Notes under the pieces: model-generated | The model's input: the letters and a program-made list of their open reading frames with translations, nothing else | What the model was told of the DNA's origin: nothing | Database searches by the model: none | Shown here: piece by piece, positions 11,801 through 23,511 of the stretch | How the letters are laid out: each line of letters opens with the position of its first letter | Numbering within the stretch: position 1 is the first letter of the stretch | Made by a program: the position numbers and the translations under genes | Assembly: GCA_010093745.1 (NCBI GenBank) | Contig: MU005961.1 | Coordinates: 124,001 to 188,000, forward strand | Reading direction: 5' to 3' | Origin: Piedraia hortae CBS 480.64 | Lineage: Eukaryota | Length of the DNA: 64,000 nucleotides

Positions 11801-12342
11801 ATGACACCAGAGGCTGCAGGAATGGGCAATGTATCCGTGATATCGCCCGACATGGTATAAGTTTTGCCAGTGCCAGTTTGCCCATAAGCGAATATTGTGC
11901 AGTTGAAGCCTCCAAGAACCTCATCCAGTATGGGAGCAACAACTTCATCAAAGACCATGCCCTGGTCTGCGGCCGGAGAGAAGACTTTGTCGAAATTATA
12001 CGTCTTATTGCTAAGTGCGTTTGGTCCCATTGAAAGATCGACAGATGTGCCCTTTACTCCATCGGTTGAAACCACGACTCCGCTGTTCTCTCGTATTTCG
12101 CGGTCATTGCGACCTCTACACCGTACCACAACCCGGATATTGGTCTCTTCTGCGCCATCTGCTGTTTCTTTGGGTTTTGGAGATCTTGCCCTTGAGGAAA
12201 TCATTGATTCCGCTGGCGACGCTCTTCCCATCAACGTTGGCGTCGCGGTTTGCGCGCGATTAGGGCCGGGACGCGTCGGAGGAGGGCGCATGCTGGACAT
12301 TTTTCTGCCCGCTACGGTCGGGCGCGTTGGAGGTGCCACCAT
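8839..12342 (-). CDS. bimC: Kinesin-5 (BimC/Eg5 family) spindle motor
   Basis: Motor domain GQTGTGKT, SSRSH, LVDLAGSE, HIPYRESKLTRLLQDSLGG; long coiled coil; BimC box YEATGETP. Confidence 0.95.
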   Translation of the reverse strand: MVAPPTRPTVAGRKMSSMRPPPTRPGPNRAQTATPTLMGRASPAESMISSRARSPKPKETADGAEETNIRVVVRCRGRNDREIRENSGVVVSTDGVKGTSVDLSMGPNALSNKTYNFDKVFSPAADQGMVFDEVVAPILDEVLGGFNCTIFAYGQTGTGKTYTMSGDITDTLPIPAASGVIPRALHSLFDRLSNEQEEKATEYSVKCSFIELYNEELRDLLAADDSVKLKIFDEANKSGRSTTLVQGMEETYIKDAFKGIQLLRQGSHKRQVAATKCNDLSSRSHTVFTVTVFMKRSKEAGEDLVSAGKLNLVDLAGSENIQRSGAENKRATEAGLINKSLLTLGRVINALVDRSSHIPYRESKLTRLLQDSLGGRTKTCIIATLSPAKSNLEETISTLDYAFRAKNIRNKPQVNQLMTKKTLLREFTAEIEKLKSELIATRQRNGVYLTTEAYEEITTESESRRILVNEQKDKIETMEANLRNRVQELFALTNNFQSLKKDNERTRELMEGTKSVLEKTEIVLEHTRRNLAEETHLRQAHEKTEEKLVSVGEDLLETLDTTTDHVNKLHSKLRRRSELQSLNRSRWQESQAHVADTTIAVEDRVEALRGEQQGLITAMVNRMREFVSSELQDLQTSQAFLGEKMAAFQQSEADVNAQTADAKSEMNKVLEEIITLRGDVKQKVGDGMNVLSSAAQRISAGIATELDEFHQQLEQSYVSLGKEFKGIFETLIRRMTEQQGEVNRLRQHIIQANTAFTEAGRASQSQLEQAVRAERDLAATERQDLLAKITALVNESAVAQEMRLEGYLNNASQQIKVSEDQFQVAQQLYSEGMDTWTVGASALVDSSLKSRDNVKAKIRSDWTLARDQVDGISATANAVHGETVKIVNNQMQQMDQQLVALDRILAKVRTQNEEHHVAHTSSLRKLAADVEESYQSIGNHLVESYQRTKAVGNDLQEQTDHLSSTLPVMGEDGDVRHALRLLRDKVQAGQITEYEATGETPIKMQYDYQTVLPRTEAHETLLDRLRNESRQLSDSPGEPVKTTSMSSPAKSSGKTAVFTDEQPPQPPLPRPAGTSGLRELDTNVPSSSHAPPPMEASEAGDVVKALPNLDGSEVKRSKLKRQYASSLGPSQHADGKLPCKRTLRSTVAGTGEGRENIPLPQGKLRNI

Positions 12343-12587
12343 GTCTGATTAATAAAACGATCTGATACGCGACTGCCTTGACTGCCTATTGAGATGCTGA
12401 ATGGGGGTGTTGTTGGATCACCGCGGGCGTCGTCCGGGGCAACCGGAATAATCCCGCACATTAAAGGTTCGGCCCGTCCCACTGGCGTCCACAGCGTTGA
12501 CCATCACGGTCACGCATGATTGGTCACGCGCAAGGTGCTACAAATAACCAGAGTGTATTTAAGAAGTCTGTTGTTAGCTGTCTCGAT

Positions 12588-14142
12588 ATGGCTGAAGACC
12601 AATTAGTTACTACTTCTGCATCCTTTCCTATCCTACCGGGAGCCTCGTTGGGGCCGTTCGGTTGGTGATGTGCTGACCCGTCAGACGCACCAGGCTGACG
12701 TTATATCTGCAGTGCTTGGAGCTAACCTGCGAGATGTCCTCACTATAGCCAAATCTGACAAATCCAAGTTCCCAAAGTTGGAGGTTTATTACTCTTCCGT
12801 AAAGCCGTTGACAACAGTAGTTGTGGTTTCTCTGCCTTCGAATGGTCTACGATTGCAGTTTGATGGGCCAAACCAGCTGCTGCGGTTGATTGAAGTGACC
12901 GAGCTGGACAAGATTAAATTACTGTACAAAGGAAGTGAGCTGTTGAAGACATCTAGTGGCGTGGTGCAGTCCAAGGGGCCACCCTTCAGGAAGGTTTATT
13001 CTTTATTTGGTCCATCATACCCTGGCGAATATCTCCCGCCCAGCGATGGCAGTGGAATTGGAACCTATGTCCTGTCATGGCAAGGTGTTGCCTTCAACTT
13101 TCCGCTGCAGCACTCGGCTTGGTCACCAAAGAAAGACCACGTAGCTCTCTTGAGCTCAAACATAGCGCCTCCAGCATCTAACATGGCCTTGTTTGAAGGC
13201 AGCAGTTGGGCCGAGGCCCGGAGAGACCTCTTTACAAAACCCATTCAAGGGCCGCGCTCATACAGCAGTGTTCGAGAGAACAAAGATTGCCTCCCAGGAG
13301 AGATTGAGAAGGCTCAAGTGGACTTGACGAATGGCACAATCACATTGGTCCGTTATGCTCCCCATGGAGCGTTCACCATCGTGCCACAGCAAACGACTCC
13401 TCAGGACCTCATTACCGAGCTTGGGGCTCCGGAGACAACACACGCCCCACAGGAGCGAACAGCTAAATCGGAGCGGGAGGATAGCAAACCCCGAACTCGA
13501 TCGATTTCCGCCGGAAGGCCGCATATTGGCTCAGTTCCCTCCAGCTACTCGTCAACGGGCACTGAAACATTTGATGCTGACTTTGACAACCTGAACTTAG
13601 AACCAGATCCCGCAGATCGTGCAGCCAGGGATCGGTGGTGGAATTACTACAATCACGGTATGGATATCTTGGTGGGTCTTCCCTCTGGAAATACTATGTC
13701 AAACGGCGAGAACGACAGTCATGCAACCCCGCTGTCACAAAGTCCACACGCCGTGGTCCTTCGAGTTGTTATACATGGCAATGTTCCAGGGAGCTATACT
13801 TTCAACCGACACCGACGACTGCGGTGGACTTTTACTCTTCCAGAAGGCCAGATTACCTCAGAACAGAACTTTGATCGACATGTAAAGCCCCATCTTGTTC
13901 AATACTTTGCCAACGGGAGAGAAGAGGCCGAGATGATGCGTGGCAAGGTTGTTAATCGAACATGGAGCGTTAACGAGCCAACCGACTCCAGCTTCTTCTT
14001 ATTGGAAGGGGACCAAGACATCACCGAGGAGGACAGTAACAACGAGCAATGGCTGGGTAATACCAAGCTATATGCGTTTGCAACGAGGTTGCAGGTTGAG
14101 GTTCTGGCAAATAGCTGTATTGCAGCACTGACGGTCTCGTAA
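12588..14142 (+). CDS. UPF0183 / PHAF1-like protein
   Basis: ATG at 12588; intron 12661-12712 gives PGASLGPFVLGANL; motifs GLRLQFDGPNQLLRLIEV, FGPSYPGEY, TTPQDLITELG, NYYNHGMDIL, HGNVPGSYTFNRHRR. Confidence 0.8.
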
Positions 14143-14276
14143 CAATAGCTTTGGCTTCAATGTAGAAAGATTCATTCAGGTGACATCATTACCAACCCCG
14201 CACTGGACTGCCAGCCATGCTAGCCCAATACGCAAGCTGCGGGGCAGACGTCAGCACAGGAGATTGGGTGGTAAGC

Positions 14277-15925
14277 ATGACTGAAGGCCAGTCCTTGGCC
14301 GGCGAAGTCGCTGAGAAGTTGCTCGAGAACGGAACAATTGAACCGAAAGCAGCGGACTCTGTGCATGATGCTACAGTCACCGAGAATGCCGACGAAGAAG
14401 GGAGCGACGAAAGTGATGGAACCGCAGCAAAGAAGGAGAAGAAAAAGAAGAAGAGGCCCAAGTCTAAGAAGAAGACAGAGACCGCAGAGACCGCAGAGAC
14501 CGAGTCTGCGCCACGTGAAATATCTGCACTGATCAAAGAATTGGCTTTGAGCATGCAACAGCCGCCCAAAGAGGGCAAGGCGCCGGAAGATTACAAGTTC
14601 TGGAACACCCAACCAGTACCCAAGTTCAAAGAGCCAAACTTGCTGCAGACCACCGATGGCAGCAATGGAGCCCAGTCGCTGCCAGAGGGTGCCATCTTAC
14701 CTGACGCAGTGTGCAAGGCAAGCATCAAACCGCAACCCGAGAAGCTCGTGGATGGATTCGAATGGTGTGAAGTCAATCTGGAAAGCTCTGAAGAAATGCA
14801 AGAACTGTACGATCTGCTATACAACCACTACGTCGAAGATACAGACGGCTCCTTTCGTTTCAACTACAGCACTCGTTTCCTTGCGTGGGCGCTGAAGCCA
14901 CCTGGCGGCCATTCGCAATGGCATATTGGCGTCCGCACCAAGCCTGCTGTAGAGGGAAAGAAGGGAAAACTGGTGGCCTTCATTTCCGGAATTCCCATCA
15001 CCCTTTGCGTAGGTACCCATACTCTGAAGGCGAGTGAGATCAACTTCCTCTGTATCCATCGGAAGCTGCGATCGAAGCGACTCGCCCCGGTGCTCATCAA
15101 AGAGATCACCCGTCGCTGCTACCAGCTTGACATCTTCCAGGCGCTCTACACGGCTGGGACGGTGTTGCCCACACCCGTCAGTACGTGTCGCTACTACCAC
15201 CGTAGTCTCGACTGGGAGCATCTATACAGCATGGGCTTCAGCCATCTCCCGCTCGGATCAACCAAAACTCGTCAAAAGTACAGGTACCGGGTAGAATCCC
15301 ACCCGCAGCTCAAAGGCCTACGGGAAATGAAGCCAACGGACGTCTCCGCGGTAAAAGACCTTTTAGAACGTTATAACAAGCGCTTCGCCCTTCGTCAGGA
15401 ATTCACTGAAGATGAACTGACCCATCTCATGTGTTCCGCGGCGAGTAAGGGCGTTGTCTGGGCATATGTCGTGGAGCAAGAGGGGAGGATCACGGATTTC
15501 ATATCCTACTATCTCCTCGAGGTAAGAACAACTCACGGGGGTGGAAAAGAAAGTTAACAGACGATTAGTCAACAGTCCTCCGATCCCAGCAAAAGTCCGC
15601 TATTAGAGCAGCATACCTCTACTACTATGCCAGCGATGCGGCCTTCTCAGACGAGGCTGGGGCAAACTCGTCATTGCAAAAACGCCTCCAAGCCCTAGTC
15701 CACGACGCCTTGATCCTCGCAAAGCGCGATGGCTTCCACGTCTTCAACGCACTAACATTACTCGACAATCCTTTGTTCCTCTCCGAAGAGAAATTCGAGC
15801 CCGGCGACGGGAAACTGAATTACTACCTCTTCAACTGGCGAACAGCGAAGTTGCACGGCGGAACAGACGAAAATGGAAACGCGGATGAGAGTCGACAGAG
15901 TGGGATTGGGCTTGTTATGGTTTAG
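14277..15925 (+). CDS. NMT1: Glycylpeptide N-myristoyltransferase
   Basis: YKFWNTQPV, NHYVED, EINFLCIHRKLRSKRLAPVLIKEITRR; intron 15522-15568; C-terminal KFEPGDGKLNYYLFNW...IGLVMV. Confidence 0.95.
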
Positions 15926-16103
15926 AGAACCGTCGAATTAAATGTTCATAAAAAATATGCTTACCCAACGAGTAGTGGTAAAAACATTGAGAAAACATCT
16001 GGTCATTTCTATCGATTAAAAAGCTTCGCACCACATGATACGTCCTGTTGTCTCTGAACAGTTTAAGCAACATTTGCCCAACCCCCGCTACTGCCGCCAT
16101 CAT

Positions 16104-16630
16104 CTATTGCGACTCATCGCGAATAAGCGCCACAATCATGCTGTAGAGGTAAAAGAAGAACATGAGCAGATGGAAGCCGAGTTTGATGAAGCTTTCCTTC
16201 TTATGGACGTTCAGCTTGCGAAAAATCTCAGTCGCGTCGAGGAGGTGCTGGTTTTCAAAAATCCTATAATTCCCGTGGTCAGTACAAACCAAAACCCAAG
16301 AAGTTGGATGTCATCTTACTTCTTCGAATTCCACCCCACCATTGGCAAATTGAGTATAAGCGGCAGCCAGTAGCCATTAACAAGGAACAAAAAAGTCAGA
16401 AAAGCGTGCACGCCGGCCTCGGGCACAATGTACATGTTGAGCCGGTTGCATAGGTCGATGGGGTTGATGTAGTCGCATTCGAGATCAGAGTACATTATCG
16501 TAAAGAAAACTTGTAAGAACAAGTTGACTGCATTCAGCAGCACCGCGATGAGATATAACCTGTCGGTTGGCGTCAGTTATGGGCGGGTTTTTGGTAAGGA
16601 TTTGAGGTCATACCAGGCCTCACCGGACAT
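16104..16630 (-). CDS. ERV14: Cornichon-family ER cargo receptor
   Basis: [47 protein letters not shown]...|[17 protein letters not shown]; introns 16613-16560 and 16319-16264. Confidence 0.93.
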
Positions 16631-16915
16631 CATCTTGGCGATCTGTCTGTGCCCAACGGCTTGTTCCTCCCTGCGATTTTGTTGGATCTGTCGCTGATCC
16701 GGATATTGGGTAGGTCGATGCGCGGAGAGTTGGGAGGGCGGATGGAAGAGCGGTGATAGTAGGGAGAGTTGGCCGTGGGCGAACGCCGTGTGGCTTTCGT
16801 TATTGTGGCGTAATCCTCGGCCACATCCCTGTCTAATCAAATCGGGTTTAGCGTGAGCAGGCTTTGTAATGCACGTGATATTTTCCATCACGTATTATCT
16901 AGCTATGTACCATAG

Positions 16916-18293
16916 CTAGCTGTTTGCTCCATTTGTAGAAGCACTCGGCATCGGTACCGGTCCCCCAGGACTGTCTTCTAGCCGTGCTGTCAAGATCTCC
17001 ACCCCCGCTTCAGTTACCAGGAGCGTGTGCTCGAATTGTGCAGTTCGTTTGCCGTCTGCTGTTACTGCTGTCCAGTCGTCTGGCCACGTCTTGTCCCGGT
17101 AGGTGCCCAGTGTGATCATGGGTTCGATGGTAAAGCACATTCCCGGACTGGCTTCGCCCACGGCCTTGTTCTTCGCATAGTGCGGCACGTTGGGCGCGCA
17201 ATGGAACAACTGATTGATGCCGTGGCCGCAGTATGTCTTGACAACTTGGCAATTTTGCGATTTGGCGTGCTTCTCTATGACGTTGCCATAGTTGCGGAAC
17301 AGGGCACCTGGCTTGACGAGGTTAATTGCCTCATTGAGGCACGTTCGCGCACACTCGACTACACGAACGTTGTCCGGATCCTTTGCAGCTGATTCTCCTA
17401 CGTAGTAGGTTTCGTTAAGATCTCCGTGGACTCCTCCGTGGAAGAGCGTTACGTCGATGTTGAGGATATCACCATCCTCAAGTTTTCGTTGATCCGGGAT
17501 ACCGTGGCAGATTACTTCGTTGACCGAGGTGCACACTGACTTGGGGAAATGGGCGTAGTTTAGAGGCGAAGGATATGACTGTAAACAGGTCAGAATCATT
17601 GGATATCACAGGGCAGAGATACCATACATCACGCTCTATGCAAGCCTTGTGTACCACCTCATCAATATAATCTGTCGTGACACCTGGTTTGATTGCGCGG
17701 GCGGCGACATCCAACACTTCTCGTGCTAGCCGGCAGACCTTTCGCATAGCATCTTGCTCCTCTTTGCTCAAGACTTTAAGCTTGTTCCGACGGACGATAT
17801 TCTGTTGCGGTAGTCAGCTTTTACTGTCGTTTACTTTGTTGGACAACCTCACGTGCTCGCTCCGTGGGATGCCACTGCTAGCATAGTCAGGCCTTGCAAT
17901 GCTCTCCGGCAAAGATCGTCGTGGACTCAGTGGATATGAAGGTCTGAGAGTACCTGTGAAAGAAAAAGTCGGAAAAGGGTTGTAATGCCCATCTGCATCG
18001 GGCTCAGAAACCACACTGGGAGTTATAATGTTTAGATTGGCAAGCATACTGTTCTGAGCTTTGTGTAGTTTTTTATGCTCCGTCTAGTCTAATCAGCATA
18101 CATACAAAAGGTCGAAGTAGAAAAAGTAGCTCACCCAGTTTTTCTTGAAACAATCTTGGCTGCAAAAATAAGACTCTTTACCCAACTTCTGACAAGTCGG
18201 ACATTGCAAGCTCCCAGCATCATTGGGACATCCATCGCCCTCACATTTGCGCTTTAACGCAACAGTCACTTCTTTTGCGGGGGCTTGATCCAT
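16916..18293 (-). CDS. MAP1: Methionine aminopeptidase 1 (N-terminal zinc-binding domain)
   Basis: Multi-exon: C-x4-C...CPTC...[62 protein letters not shown]. Confidence 0.95.
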
Positions 18294-18439
18294 TTCAGTA
18301 GCATCGAGTTTGAATAAACGCTCTTAGGATGGAGTGCGTAATTGATGTCACACTGTCACGTTCTCCAATCACAGTCCACGCTTACAAGGCCGGCATTAGC
18401 CGCCCACACATATACAACATCCACTTTTAGCTTCCAAAC

Positions 18440-19885
18440 ATGGCCGAACAAAGAACGAAATGCCTAATTATTGGAGCCGGACCAGTTGGATCTCTCGCTG
18501 CTTTATACGCCGCTGATCGAGGATGGGATGTTCAAGTCTACGAACTTCGAGGAGACTTGCGACTCCCTTCAACTACTCCCTTAAATTTCACCCGGTCAAT
18601 CAACCTGGCTTTGTCTGAACGAGGAATCTCAGCCATGCGGAATTGCGGCGACGCAGATTTACTACAACAAGTTCTAGACGACACCATTCCCATGTACGGC
18701 CGCATGATCCACGACATCAATACCTATGGAGAACTCATCGAATACGCCCAACAATACGACATCCACGGTCGCTTCATCCGCGCGGTGGACCGAGCACGGT
18801 TAAACAAACTCCTCCTAGACTCCGTCGAGAAGACACCACATGTTCAACTAAACTTCAACCACAAACTCCAACGCGTTGATTTCAAAACCCGAAAAGCAAC
18901 CCTCTGCCCTACAACCCCATCACCCGCAGGAGTAGGCCCCCCAGCCCTCGAAGTCAATTTCGACATCCTCCTCGGGTGCGACGGCGCCTACAGCCGTGTA
19001 CGCTCCCAAATGATGAAGTTCACCGAGATCAACTTCTCACAAGCCTACATCGACATGCACTGGTGCGAATTCACCATACCCCCTTCCACAATCAAAACAC
19101 CTACCTCAAATGACGGCTTCGCGACAAGCCCCAACTACCTCCACATCTGGCCCAGCGAGAAAAACTTGTTCATCGCCATCCCCAGCGTGGACAGATCCTT
19201 TACATGCACCCTCTTTGCCTCACGGGAGACATTCACGTACCTCAAACGAAAACCCGAAAGAATCTTAAATTTTTTTGAGAGCAACTTCCCAGGCGCAGCA
19301 GCCCTAATCGGCGAAAACGAGCTGCAAGATCAGTTTGAGCGGAATCCGCATTTACCGCTCCTCAGCATAAAGTGCGCCCCGCACCATCACCCCGCGGGGG
19401 TGATTTTGGGGGATGCAGCGCATGCGATGGTCCCGTTCTACGGCCAGGGGATGAATGCTGGACTTGAGGATGTTAAGGTCCTTTTCAGCTACTTTGATAA
19501 ACATCCTGATACGGAGGAGGGACGGGGACGGGCGTTGGGGGAGTATAGCCAGTACAGAGTGCCGGATGCGCATGCGATTAATGACCTCGCGTTGGCGAAC
19601 TATTGGGAGATGCACGCGGGGGTGAAGTCGCCGGTTTATAGGGTGAGGAAGTGGGTTGAGGAGTTTCTTGCGGAAAGGGTGCCGAGCTCGGGGTTCGAGA
19701 CGCAATATGCTCGTGTTAGTTTTAGGGTGGAGAGGTATTCGGTTGTGAGGAGGGTGGTGGAGAGGCAGGGACGGATTATGTTGTGGGGTTTGGTGGGGTT
19801 GGTGCCGGTTGTGGTGGTGGGCTTTTGGTTGGGGATAAGGGGTTGGGGGAGAATGGGTTGGGGGAGAATGGGTTGGGTGAGGTAG
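18440..19885 (+). CDS. BNA4: Kynurenine 3-monooxygenase
   Basis: GAGPVG FAD motif, RSINLALSERG, YLHIWP, GDAAHAMVPFYGQGMNAGLEDV, C-terminal TM. Confidence 0.93.
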   Translation: MAEQRTKCLIIGAGPVGSLAALYAADRGWDVQVYELRGDLRLPSTTPLNFTRSINLALSERGISAMRNCGDADLLQQVLDDTIPMYGRMIHDINTYGELIEYAQQYDIHGRFIRAVDRARLNKLLLDSVEKTPHVQLNFNHKLQRVDFKTRKATLCPTTPSPAGVGPPALEVNFDILLGCDGAYSRVRSQMMKFTEINFSQAYIDMHWCEFTIPPSTIKTPTSNDGFATSPNYLHIWPSEKNLFIAIPSVDRSFTCTLFASRETFTYLKRKPERILNFFESNFPGAAALIGENELQDQFERNPHLPLLSIKCAPHHHPAGVILGDAAHAMVPFYGQGMNAGLEDVKVLFSYFDKHPDTEEGRGRALGEYSQYRVPDAHAINDLALANYWEMHAGVKSPVYRVRKWVEEFLAERVPSSGFETQYARVSFRVERYSVVRRVVERQGRIMLWGLVGLVPVVVVGFWLGIRGWGRMGWGRMGWVR

Positions 19886-20867
19886 TGGAGGTGATGCCTG
19901 GGATTTTGATGGGTGATAGGGAGGATGAAGGTTTTCGATGCCAGATGGGGAAGATACAGTCACCGGAAAAGCACTGGCGGGACCGCTGAACGAACGATGA
20001 CTGATGAAGGCAACAATGTACCTGCAACAAGCAGCTCAGCATATCAGGCCAGGCTGGGCCTTCATCCCACACGCACACGTGTGTCATTCAATATAGACAA
20101 CCAACCGAGTATGCCTATACAGGCAGCAGTTATCACATAGGATGAGTTCCCTGGGTCCAAACTCAACAGGATGGCGTATATGCGCATCACATTACGTGCA
20201 CCGAAGGATCAGTGTCTCGCATGAACAATGGACACATGAATAGTACGTTCTTGCAGAAAAACATAGTAGCAAGCGGAAGGGTCCAACAGGACAGGTTCAG
20301 AGTACGAGAACAATGAGTACCAGAATAGCACATACCCGTATGTAGAGCTTCTCATAGCCATACGAATTCTTCCAACCCCTGGATGTGCTTCCAGGTTTCA
20401 GCCTTGCGAGGAACGAGCAAGCTCGGGTTTATACGAGGTTTCCTGCATTTAGGGGTTTCTTCTATGGCCTTCCACAGTGAGGGGTATACGAGGTCCCTTG
20501 CAGGAGGGAACCTTCCAGTACCTTCCATGGCCATCCATTGTGAAACCTCAACAAGCACTTCGTAGCCCACATTTCGAGTATTTCGAACTGCGGTGGATTT
20601 TCTTGTTTTTGTCTCGTTTCTTGTCCGAGAAAATCCCACTCAAGGCGCAGGACGGTGAGTCAAGCCATCGGTCCCAACTGACGCTTCCCATTTGCAACTT
20701 AGTCCCAAGTCTGCTGGTCCTGACTGGGCAATCCCAAGGACAAGATAAACTGCAACGGAACAATAAGAGAGGTTGCCTGGGAAGATCATTGTTTAAACCT
20801 AGCCTACTATAAACGAACAGCTCACATAGAGGTAGAGCACATCACAAAATTTGTATCAGTGGTATCA

Positions 20868-21776
20868 TCATAACCGGGAGAGCCACAATTCCATAGAGTC
20901 ATCGATAGCTTTTGGAGCAGAATCGTGATATCTCTCAACAGCTCGTATGATGCACTCATCCAGATGTTGTCGACAGTGATGTGCACCGACGAGAGGAGAG
21001 CGACATACGAAGCAGTTGCCAAACTGCTCAAGATCTTCCACTCGTGGCCTGCGGCCGGTGCGGCCCCTGTTCGCATCGCTGCAGTGTTCACGAGTAAGAT
21101 GGCTCCGAAGATCAGTGTAGCGGCGGAAAGTAGGTGAGCGCCCAGCGTTAAGGGGTCCAATGCACAAGGGACAGGTTATGTGGTGATCATAATGTGCCCA
21201 GGCATGGCGGTCTCGGTCGTATTTGCGCGCAAACCCCTTGATAGAGTATTCGCAAGTGCCGCGCGGGCACTTTTCGGGACGTATGGCCCGGTGGGTCCAG
21301 CCGTGAGTCTTGAGGTTCTGTACGTAGCGGTGACAAATAGGGCACTTTCCTTTGCTGGCCGGTCGCGAGGAAGATGAGGGCGAGGGGCAGTGAGATGGAG
21401 GTGTTTGGCAGAATCGAGGGGGACTAGCTGGAAGACTGAGACCCGCCGGAGACGGCTGCGGCGTATTCCATGAACTTGGCAAGAACAATGGCTCCACAGG
21501 AGGATTTTCTACCACGCATTGGCATTGTTCGAGAAAGCTTCCAAGCACGACAGGTTTTAGATGAACACACTTACCTATTGCGTCCACAAGCTGCTGCTCG
21601 ACTGGCAGGGGTGACATTCCCAAGATGGTGTCCTCGGACATGGCAGAGCACATGGCCATAAGATCGAGGTTAGAGTCGGTAAAAAGAGACGGACTGTCAG
21701 GAACCCAGTAGGCAAAAGGGTCTTGGCTTGACTTGTCCTCGAACAATGGAGAGTCGTAGATGAAAGTAGCATCCAT
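20868..21776 (-). CDS. Fungal C2H2 zinc-finger protein
   Basis: Likely start MDATF at 21776; fingers CPICHRYVQNLKTHGWTH, RPEKCPRGTCEYSIKGFARKYDRDRHAWAH, CPLC...LRSHLTREH, CFVC...HLDEC. Confidence 0.75.
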   Translation of the reverse strand: MDATFIYDSPLFEDKSSQDPFAYWVPDSPSLFTDSNLDLMAMCSAMSEDTILGMSPLPVEQQLVDAIGKCVHLKPVVLGSFLEQCQCVVENPPVEPLFLPSSWNTPQPSPAGLSLPASPPRFCQTPPSHCPSPSSSSRPASKGKCPICHRYVQNLKTHGWTHRAIRPEKCPRGTCEYSIKGFARKYDRDRHAWAHYDHHITCPLCIGPLNAGRSPTFRRYTDLRSHLTREHCSDANRGRTGRRPRVEDLEQFGNCFVCRSPLVGAHHCRQHLDECIIRAVERYHDSAPKAIDDSMELWLSRL

Positions 21777-22266
21777 TATGACTGAATGTAGACGAAGGCT
21801 TTGGAAGTGTGAGATACATTTCGAGGAGCGGCAGAGTAATTTAACGAAATTGAAGAGGATAACAGACAAAGGTAGATTTGCGAAGCGAACATGCCGCCGG
21901 CCTGGAGGACATTTTGACCTTGGGTTTGTGCGGGCGGTCAGGCAAAAGATTGAGAAGCCCAACGATTGGACCGGAAGTGTCCGCCTACAGAGCCATACCC
22001 ATTTTGGACAAGTTCAGCCTGTTGTAGACCGCCAGAGGGGCAACGTCCAGTCGCCCCCGGCCGTCGCCGCAACTGTCATCCTGCATATCCTGCATTCCCC
22101 GCAATTCCCTCTCACCGTAGATTCCCCTCACAATTTCTACAATTTGTTACAAGGCGAGGCGGGGTGGCACCGCATCCTTGGTCCACTGCCCTGCCAAACT
22201 GGCCCCACGAGCTCTTGATGACACGCGTTCGGTGACTCCGCTACTATCAACGGCTTCGCCGATGCG

Positions 22267-23511
22267 CTAGTTTAGGACAATGTTGATGTGTGCCCGTTCT
22301 TCCAGGAGGTTGTCTGCCTGAGTAATGAACGCCTGTCCTGTCTGCAGCTGTTGTCGCACCATTGTTTCCGTTGTTCGTTCTCGTTCCCTCGCTGCTGTCG
22401 CCCACTCGTCTATTTTCATCGTACTCGGTTCCACTAAATGGCTTTCGTCGACCAAACGCGCTACCAGCCGCCCGTTATCGCTCTGCCCGTTTTCCATCAC
22501 TTGGCGCAACTGAGACCGTTGCCGTTCCGCCGTCTCCTCTCTACGTTTAGCAGCTCCCAATCGGGAAAGATATGGTAGTACGGCTTCGGCATCCACGGCC
22601 ACGCGGTCAGTAGCCGACGTTGGACGTTCTGGACCAGGTGTTTGGTACTCTCTACTGATGTCAGGCGGCGATGTGCGATTGACCGTATCAATCAATCTTT
22701 GCCTTATAGCCACATAGCGCTCGTACATTGCTTCTACATGGCTAATGTCCAGCGTTTCGCCAGGCATTACATTGGAAGATGGATCGTCGGCCTCTCCAGC
22801 ACCGATAATAGACAGCTGATCCTCTATCCATTCGGTCAATAACATATGCGCCTGTTGCAATGCCGACAGCTCATCAGGTACAGTGGTCTTGGTTGTATCT
22901 TTGTGTTTCTGACATGTTAAAATTGCCCTTTTCAATTGGAAAATTTGTTCTTCCACGTCGGTCGGCACCCCGTGAAGCGCCTCGTTGGAAGGGGGCAGAG
23001 GTAATGGGCCAACCTTGTGATCCACAGCATCTTCAGGCCGTTGACTGACCACTCTCTCCCCTTCCGCATTAATCTGAGGTATTGCCCGTTCCAGGATTCG
23101 GAGTTTTCGACGACGCTCACGTTGTTTCAACAACGGAAAAAAATCACTCGCCATCGTCTTGGGACGAGCGCTCATTTCATTGGACGTCCCCAGTTGATTT
23201 AAGCCTCGCTTCATGCTCTCGTACTCGGTCCAGGCGGCGGCATGAGCGCGCAATGCCTCGACATAGGCCTTGCGAACACCAGTCAAGCCTGATGGAGACA
23301 ATAAAAGAGGGTTCTTGGCTTGCTTATGGTCGAAGTCAAGGTTCACCGAAGTCAATGGCGCATCTTGCTCGCAGACGTGGTCGCGCAAGTGTGCATGGAG
23401 CGCATTTCGAATGTTAGTAACCTCATGCCTGGGGCGAATATATAACTCCAGTGCTCGGGCGACGTCAGGAAGAGGGCAGTCGTTGAGGGCCATGCGGCCA
23501 TTTGCACTCAT
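22267..23511 (-). CDS. Hypothetical helical/coiled-coil protein
   Basis: 414-aa uninterrupted ATG ORF, divergent from BRR2 across about 200 bp; no motif recognised. Confidence 0.7.
   Translation of the reverse strand: MSANGRMALNDCPLPDVARALELYIRPRHEVTNIRNALHAHLRDHVCEQDAPLTSVNLDFDHKQAKNPLLLSPSGLTGVRKAYVEALRAHAAAWTEYESMKRGLNQLGTSNEMSARPKTMASDFFPLLKQRERRRKLRILERAIPQINAEGERVVSQRPEDAVDHKVGPLPLPPSNEALHGVPTDVEEQIFQLKRAILTCQKHKDTTKTTVPDELSALQQAHMLLTEWIEDQLSIIGAGEADDPSSNVMPGETLDISHVEAMYERYVAIRQRLIDTVNRTSPPDISREYQTPGPERPTSATDRVAVDAEAVLPYLSRLGAAKRREETAERQRSQLRQVMENGQSDNGRLVARLVDESHLVEPSTMKIDEWATAARERERTTETMVRQQLQTGQAFITQADNLLEERAHINIVLN

Noticed and set aside
5462..12342. APC11 and bimC as a mitotic gene cluster
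   Set aside because: Separated by unrelated genes; chance adjacency in a dense genome is sufficient.
20352..20639. 95-aa minus-strand ORF between BNA4 and the C2H2 gene
   Set aside because: Non-ATG start, no motif and no splice support.
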